DNA of 64,000 nt from Takakia lepidozioides (Eukaryota; Plantae; Bryophyta): NCBI GenBank assembly GCA_030704615.1, contig CM060731.1, positions 25,482,001-25,546,000 of the forward strand, read 5' to 3'. Positions 56,701 to 64,000 of this stretch are shown here, one piece after another. The notes under the pieces are model-generated. The model was given only the letters and a program-made list of their open reading frames with translations, made no database searches and was not told where the DNA came from. Within the stretch, counting starts at the first letter, position 1. Every line of letters starts with the position of its first letter. Position numbers and translations under genes: made by a program.

Positions 56701-58346
56701 GGCCCACTCCTTTGCTGATAGAAGGTTTATTCGCCCTCCCACGGATTTGGGCGTTTCCGACACTCGTAAAACCTCGCCACCATTCCCACATGGCAGCGTG
56801 ACTACTCTCTTGCGGCCATCTATGACCGCTCCGGATTTGCTCAAAAAGGTCATTCCCAAAATGAGATCCACTCCATCGATCTCGCAGATAGTGAAGTTCT
56901 CACGTCCCTCCCAACTCCCCAGTTGGAGAGGAACATCAAACGCCAACCTTGTCGCCAACTGAGGTTCTCCTTTGGCAGAGCGCACCTCAATAGAGGCCCC
57001 CACGTCACTTGTCGGGAGTCCCAACTTTCGCGCCGCCGCCGGCGTCATGAAGGAGTGCGACGCTCCTGTGTCCACCAACAACGACACATTAGTTCCGGAT
57101 ATTATCCCATCCACGAACAATAACTGACTCCCTTTTCGTAAGGCGCCAGTTTCCTGATACAACTCACAAGAAAATTTGCCTACCTTGCAAGTCCTGGCGA
57201 CCACCGCTTCCACCAAGCGACTGATGGTATCTTCCGACAGCTCCGTGGTCGCCCGAGTCATGTTCAATTGTCGGGGCTTCGTGCACTTCTTGGCCATGTG
57301 CCGGGCTCCCCGCAATTGAAACACACTCCATCAAAGGTCGCCTTCTGTCCGCCATAAGTCGCTCCACCCGCTTTTCCTTTCGAAGCACCGGGTGCCGCCT
57401 TGACGTGTGAAGGACCTCCCTTCGATTTCCACGTGCCATTTTCGCCGCGTGGCCTATCCCACTTCTTTTCCGGTCGGGAGGAGTCACCTTCCCGCCGGGT
57501 CTTCTTGTGGTTCAGCTCCGTACGGCCTTGTCTCTCACCCCTAGGGACATCCGAGAAACATTCAGCTCTCTCAATTGCCTCGTTCAAAGTCTTGGGTGGC
57601 TTCTCCTCCAACTTCCGCCTAGCCCATGGGGCCAGTCCCGCCACAAAGTTGAAGACCATTTCTGGTTCTGCCATGTCCGCGACTTCGAGCAACAGCACAT
57701 TGAAAGCCTGGACATACCCCCGAATGTCATCTGTTTGCTTCAAATTCCTCATCTTGTCCCGGGCAAGCCAGGATGCGTTGAGGGGCACAAACTGTCTCTT
57801 CATCAATTCCTTGAACTCACTCCAGTTCAAGGTTTCCGGGCTTGGGCCTCGGTCGTGAAGGCGTTTCTGCCACCATTGTTGAGCATAGCCCCTCAAATAG
57901 GTGGGAGCCACTTCCACCCGATCCTCGTCACTCAACTTGGCCGCCCGGAAGTACTGCTCTAGCTCCAGGAGCCAGGTGTTGAGTGCCTTCCGGTTTCGAA
58001 CGCCCTCGAAGGTGCCGGGTTCCTTAGGCTTCACCTTAAACTTTGCCTTGGTGGAAGTGGCATTAGCCGCCTTCAACACGTCTTTCAACGTCCCGCCAAA
58101 CTGCGCCAACAACCCTTCCCAAAAGGCTGCCGGCATGGGAGGCATCTCTTGGTTTGTCGGAGCTCTCAAAGATTCCTCGGGCTCCGACTCCTCGGATTCC
58201 TCCCGCTCCTGAGCGGCCTCGTTTTCGGAAACATTAATCGCTTCCTCAAACGGCCGCCTCGGTGACACGTCGCCCCCATCGGGCTCACCGGAATCATCAT
58301 CTTTTGGGCCGTTCCGCTTTCGCTTCGGCTTGCCCGACCCCATGAT
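53784..58346 (-). CDS. Chromovirus gag-pol polyprotein, broken by three single-base frameshifts in this sequence
   Basis: [14 protein letters not shown] knuckle, LVDTGAS, YIDD, TDASD, MDF...SDRD...TE integrase, and chromodomain EYEVEAIL...YLVKWKGY...SW. Confidence 0.93.
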
Positions 58347-58384
58347 GAGGCCAATCCCAAGGACGATCGCGTACTGAACTCTAA

Positions 58385-58396
58385 GCTCTGATACCA
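58385..58396 (-). promoter_or_regulatory. Primer-binding site complementary to tRNA-iMet
   Basis: TGGTATCAGAGC on the minus strand, 2 nt from the 5' LTR. Confidence 0.95.
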
Positions 58397-58398
58397 AG

Positions 58399-59121
58399 TG
58401 TCGCACACCTCAGTTCGGTAAACTCCCTTCAAGTCATAGTTACTCGCTTTGATGCGCGCGCCTGACTCCCAACCTGGCCCCCAGGCCAAGTTGGAGTTTC
58501 GGCTGCTCACCGGGACATAACGGTCCCCTTCCGCTTCCCTCTAAACCCTCCACCTATTTGGGACTAGGAGAATTCCCTTTGGTAGATGGCAGTCCGGAAC
58601 AGCTCCCCACTCTTTGGTCGCTTTCCGGCTCGCTCGCTTACTCACTAGTTTTTGGTCACCAACGGGCTTGCACCGTTCTCGGGGTTACTACTCCCTATAT
58701 ATACTTCTGTAGCTGTCCGCGGGGGTTTCATAACCAGCCATGCCATTTTATGGCGAACCACCACGAAAACCCTCGACTCCCGGTGGTGAGTCGCGGTGAG
58801 TCTTGGCCCACTCACCGCGGCCCCAATGGACCGTGATGAGTCCCAAGACTCCCCACGACTCCCACCTCGAGGTCTCCTCCCCATGGTGAGTCCTATGCCA
58901 CCCCCACTAAGTCCCACTAAGCTACCACCACCCCTTGTGGAGCCACCTCCACCGCAACCCGGTGTGCGGGGCTCCACCTAGTGAGCGCCTCCGCCTCCTT
59001 GAGTGCCTTGGGCACTCAAGGGTGCTTCAGCCCCCCATACCTATCGCTGCCGCTGCCCCCACCACAGGGGCAGCCCCTCATGTGTCCCGACCCCCTGCCC
59101 TCAAGGCAAAGGGCCGCGACA
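58399..59121 (-). repeat. 5' LTR (723 bp)
   Basis: Direct repeat of 52157-52878. Confidence 0.97.
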
Positions 59122-59126
59122 CTCTG

Positions 59127-59870
59127 CGTTGTTCCCCAGTCCCCAATTTTTAGAATTTTATTTTTATTTTTTATACGACTGGACATCATAGGGATTTTTT
59201 GTCGTCTTTTAGGCCTAGGTGCATTCGATATTGAGCTCCTTGGCATGTCGTCAAGCTACTCTCCCGATCTCTTCTGGAGGATTGGGCTTGTTATCGACAG
59301 TCGACACTGCCCTTGTTGTCTTCATGGGTAGCTGGGCCTTAATCGCTCCAGCCTTAACATCTCGGTTTTTGTATCAACACCATCATTTCCTCATGGATGA
59401 GGTTGCCCACATCGACGATGGCTCTTTGCCCTTCCAGCAATATCTTCATTCAGCGCGGGATATCCTCCCAATACATACACGAGCTTGTCTACCACCTTTC
59501 GAACAATTGGTCACTCAAGGTCTAGAGCACTTACAAGATATCATTGTGGAACGCGTGCATTGACATTTCTTTTCCAGCCTGCTTTCCGATGCTACTTCGG
59601 ATACACATTGGACCAGACTTCTTTCTTACGTTGTGCCCGGAGCAAGCGCGTGGCTCACGATATGATCAACTATTGCACCCTTCTATATGTCATCTGCTAT
59701 ACTATTTACCACCTCCCTTCGAGTTACTTGGTCTTTCGCACCTCTATGCTAGGACTACAATGGTGTGTTTGTCGTCATCCTATTGACTAATTTGGTGTAC
59801 ATCTGCTTCGTTGCCCTCGTGGTCGAGAGCGCATCGCATTGCTCGCGATGTCGAGAGCAGACGCACATAC
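59127..59870 (+). pseudogene. Decayed LINE, fragment 4 (post-RT region to C-terminal zinc-knuckle remnant)
   Basis: RQATLPISSGGLGL...FMGSWAL and a CVCRHPID...HL..C remnant. Confidence 0.75.
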
Positions 59871-61000
59871 TCTCATCCCACGATCACCATTCCACTCGAG
59901 GCCTATGGAAGGGTTTTGCCTGGCTTCATGTCATGGTTTTAGTCATGGTTAACTAGAATTACCTACTTCTAGTTAATTATGACATTTTGGATATTTATAT
60001 TTGTATTTTGTGTGATGGAACTTCATTTGGTCTCATATGCCAAGTGAGGTATCAAGCCTCATTTGGGACATGGGGACAAGTTTTTCCCTTTGTGAGGGTT
60101 GAGGAGGCTCATCTTCTTAAAGTGATAAGAGATGAGAAATGAGAGAAGTTGAAGACAATGAAAACTCTCTAGACATGAAACAATCACACTGAAAACAAGC
60201 CCTAGTCCTTCCAAGTGAAATCCACTCTGTTACATAAACTAAATCAAGCCAAGGGCACCTTTGCTAAATGAATTCACCCTACAAAGCCCTGGGGGTTGGT
60301 AGCACAAACCCACGGTCATGGGGGTTCTATGTTGTTAAACCGCGGTCATAGGAGCTATATGTTTTCAAAATGGAATAAGACCCCAAAACCCTAATGCGAA
60401 GTAGGCACCCATAATGTATATCTACAAGCTCCAAGTTCCATTTATCCACAATTTTGGTATTCTACAAAAGACTAACACGTTAGAGAGAAACAACAACACC
60501 ATCCAAAACACACAAATATCAAACAATAATTGAACAATTTAATATAATGAGGCAAACAACAGGTTTCGTTAATGAAATAAATTAAGGTATTGGGTTTCTC
60601 CAACGAAATAGTGGATTTTGCCAGCGGAATAATGGATTTTTTTTAGCGAAATAGTGGGTTTCGCCGGCGAATTTTCTAGGCATCGCTATGTAGGTCATAT
60701 ATCCCACGTGGGCGAAACAATATGTATTGTGTTTGGTGATAGAGTGACTAACCCATCCACGTGTGGCTTGTGATCACGTGAGCACAAGTCTGCTTATGTG
60801 TGGACAATTTGGTCCCCGTGAGCACAAATTTCCAATTTTAGTTTCGCCGCAACATCTTTTCAGGAATATTCATGAAATTTTGGGCATTTTATCTGTTCAC
60901 GCGCTACCCAACCTCCAAAGCCCTCAACACACTCCTTCTCAATACCTAGAGCTATGGAAACAATTGTGCGACCAACCGAGGAACAACAACGTCTAAGGAA

Positions 61001-61914
61001 GTGGGTTGTGCGGGTGGTGCCTTTTTAAGGAACCCGCCGGGTCCGGGTGCGGGTTTTTTTTTGGAGCCAAGTCGGGGTCCAGATCCGGGTTTTTGAAATT
61101 TGGAAAAATCTGGTTCCGGGTTTGTCAACACGGACTCGGGTTAGGGTCCGGGTAGTTGTTGGGAAATATTAGCGGGTTCACGGGTTCCGATCCGGGTCCT
61201 AATTTATTGATTAAATAAATCAGAAAAATAATATTAATTAGGGATAAAATTATTTTTGGCTGGAAAAAACTTTAAATCCTAATAATGAATTTTATTTTAA
61301 GAGACATTCCTTCAAAATATACCATGAATATGAGTATGTATACCATGAATAGAATTAAAATAGAAGTTTGAGTTCCATTTTTATTTTTCAATATCAATTC
61401 TTTAAACATGTTAAGAATAGTAATATGCCTCAAGGGTAGATCACTATAGCATGGATGTGTGGGATCTGGCCTAATAATAATATGTGACGCCTCCTTTGGG
61501 AGGTGTAAAATATGGTCCCATAGGGAACAACTTTGTGACACCACTCCGTGGATTGAACCCACAACCACTTTTGAGGTGGTATGTGGGCATTACCACTGGG
61601 CTAACAACGTGGTGGGGCTGGCTGCTGCAGTGGGGCCTATTGCTCCTCGTCCCCTCCACACATCTGACAAAACCTACCAGATCCAAGGTGGACCCCGCAT
61701 GGCCCATCTAAAATTAAGACCCTGACCCTGACCCCCTACATTGGCCTGCGGGATAGCGGGTTTAACGGGTTTGGGACCCAGCAGGCGGGTCCAGTTCCAG
61801 GTTCAAATGAACCCGGGTCAGAATCCGGGTTTTTTTTGTGAGAGCACGGTCGGGGTAACCCGGATCCTAATCCACAGGGTACCTGCCTTCAAAACCCGGA
61901 TCCGCACAACACTG
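61001..61914. mobile_element. Non-autonomous hAT-like/MITE element with CCGGGT subterminal repeats
   Basis: GTTGTGCGG at the left end and CCGCACAACACTG at the right end, dense CCGGGT/ACCCGG motifs near both ends, AT-rich core. Confidence 0.5.
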
Positions 61915-62078
61915 GTGACTACCCCGACGCAGGGACGGGTGGACCTACCTTATTTTGTGACAGATTAATTTTTTGTTAAATTTCACTGTGATAGACAACT
62001 TGGAGAAAATGCCTTTCACATCATAACAGGTTCATATGACATGTTCACAAATTTTTGACCTTTCACAGAACCATGTCA

Positions 62079-62119
62079 TATGAAATGAAAAATGAAAAAT
62101 GAAAAATGAAAAATGAAAA
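62079..62119. repeat. (GAAAAAT)n 7-bp tandem repeat
   Basis: About five perfect units. Confidence 0.85.
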
Positions 62120-62138
62120 GAAGTGTGAAGATGCCTCC

Positions 62139-62544
62139 TCAAGCGCTCCCCACAAGATTGAAGGAGGGACCTACCAGCTCGTAAAGAACTAGGGCTGATT
62201 TCTCTTTGTAAATTTCTGCGCGTTATCCAGCGTAAGAGCCCGCCCCACGATTACCAGTGCATTACACACTCGTGTAATGCACCGGTGCATTACACGAGTG
62301 TGTAATGCACACCTGCAATATTTCCTTACCTTTACCTCCAAGATCTTTTTTCACAGCAAGCTACTGGCGGGGAGAAAGCATAAAGGAAGGATGAAAATCC
62401 CATTTCTTTACGCAGTGTAATGCCCCTCGTGCTCCGGCACGCCCGGATTCTGGCCTTCCCCGAGGGCGATGAGGCCCTTAAATCCGGGAATGCCCTCCAC
62501 TCAGGGCATTACCCTATACCTTCAATCTTGTGGGGAGCGCTTGA
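62139..62544. mobile_element. 406-bp MITE-like element with perfect 26-bp terminal inverted repeats
   Basis: TCAAGCGCTCCCCACAAGATTGAAGG at 62139-62164 and its exact reverse complement at 62519-62544. Confidence 0.85.
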
Positions 62545-63771
62545 CTTTGGGAATGCAACTTTTGGGTCGAGACTGTCGGTACTCGTCTTCTAACTTGTGC
62601 ACGCGGCAACCCCGCTGCCTCTCATCTGGTTCCTTGAGGTAGCTCACTTCCACGTTCTAAGCTCTCCATCAGCTGAGCAGGCTGGAGACTTCTTGCTCTC
62701 CTTTCTGGACCTCCTCTAACTGTTATTCATGACTAAAGGATCGAGAGTCCCCCTTACTCTCATCATCTTTGTGAACACCGGAGGTTATGACCTTGAATCG
62801 ACCCTGGCTGTTTCAAATCCTCCACCCCATCGGACTGGAACTCAAACTCTGCGTTTCAGCCTCCTCTTATCAAGGCGATCCTCCAGGAAGCAAAAGTGTG
62901 ATTCATATTGTTACGTCTTCAATCTCTCCCCTTTCCACAATTATCGTCAAAATCTCTAAAATTGGAGCCCCAAGGATCTCTCTCATTCGACACCTCTTTC
63001 TCCTCTAGCTTTAATGTTCTGATCCCGTTGTTTCTTTCGAACCAAAGTGTAGCTAGTAGTCGTATTCGCTCACACTCTGCATTCACTCGCTATCGGGACT
63101 AGTGAGTACTAATTATAAGTTGGTGCGAAGTGGACAGTGACGCCCGGGCTCATCTGATCAGTGAACTTGAAAGCAGACCCAACGTCTTCTCAGAGAAGCT
63201 AGATCTCAACACCGATCACAGGATTCTCTGACCAGTCTGTCGTAGTACGGAAGCTAGACTTGATGCTCCAGCACTAGCAGCGCTGGGGACCACGACGTCC
63301 TCCTGCGTGCCTCAGGTGAGCTCATACCCTTGTCAACATTGCGGTTCTTAGTGAGTCGCTGACTTCCATTTTTGCGAATTTGGTTTTGCGAGCCGGGCCT
63401 TTCGTTAATGTTAACCATGTAGATAGCATGCCGAGATATGAAGAAGGCCTTGCACACGCAAAATCCTTTTTCACCTGGCAAGATTTGAAGTCTCCTGGAT
63501 ATGTTAGGTCCAACCCGCGATTATCAACTCCCTCAGAATCTTTGTCATTTACTTCGTTGATGTTGAAACTACCTGTCAGCAGGTTCAAGCTCACTATTTC
63601 AAACCATCAAGAGGAGCCGTACCTAATGAACGGACCTCGATTGTTGATTGATATGCTTCTAGCCGCCCACAGAGAAAGATAGGTGCGGAGAGGGTTCTCC
63701 AAGGTCAATTTCTAGCTGAAATTTAACTTGTACCTAAACCTGACATCGGATTTTGACGTTGGCTTGCGCAG

Positions 63772-64000
63772 TGCGCGGGTCCCTCGATCAATCCTGTGAA
63801 TCAGCTATGGCCAAAGGAAGCTGATGCTGCAGATCCTAAGGACACAAACCTGGATGTGATATTCTTCCATGGACTGCAATTTGGGAATGTCGGACAGAAT
63901 GCTTGGAAAGAGACTTGGTCGCAACGTGGTCATCCAGACGTCTGCTGGCCTGAGAAGTGGCTCCCAGAGGACTTGGGGAGAAAAGTGCGGGTCTTTTCTC
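63772..64000 (+). CDS. Partial alpha/beta-hydrolase domain (SERAC1/DUF676-like), possibly the N-terminus of a hydrolase-NB-ARC immune receptor; runs off the window
   Basis: After a GCAG acceptor: LDVIFFHGLQFG...AWKETW...CWPEKWLPEDLGRKVRVFS. Confidence 0.75.

Larger units (their letters stand above)
52157..59121 (-). mobile_element. Full-length Ty3/gypsy chromovirus LTR retrotransposon
   Basis: LTRs 52157-52878 and 58399-59121 (TG...CA), TSD CTCTG on both sides, tRNA-iMet PBS, PPT-like GGTAGGGGTGTG, and gag-PR-RT-RH-INT-chromodomain order. Confidence 0.98.

Noticed and set aside
55898-57324. Programmed ribosomal frameshifting in the chromovirus
   Set aside because: The breaks fall inside conserved domains (zinc knuckle, RT) and lack slippery heptamers; mutation or sequencing error is more likely.

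Overview
Land-plant nuclear DNA, probably a seed-free/bryophyte-grade species (inference from GT-AG introns, a PLS-DYW editing factor and a hydrolase-type NLR-like N-terminus). The first 30 kb is ordinary gene space: an ADPRM pseudogene, a PPR-DYW gene, CDC40/PRP17, NAD-malic enzyme, an uncharacterised membrane-protein gene and HEI10. From about 30.6 to 59.9 kb, one decayed LINE is interrupted by three insertions. (1) A Ty3/gypsy-type element with a cytosine-C5 methyltransferase between protease and RT, a PHD finger on its integrase, split terminal repeats (B-internal-A-B-A) and a self-complementary primer site in place of a tRNA PBS. (2) An 11-kb block with two intron-containing paralogues of a ParB/Srx-like + beta-class N4/N6 DNA-methyltransferase-like gene, each carrying its own array of 24-bp palindromes in the equivalent intron. 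(3) A very young chromovirus with near-identical LTRs and a CTCTG TSD. The window ends with MITE-like elements and the start of an alpha/beta-hydrolase gene. The best candidate for an undescribed system is the ParB-MTase element with its palindrome arrays, followed by the DNMT-PHD retroelement. All assignments come from motif recognition and manual translation; no searches were run.
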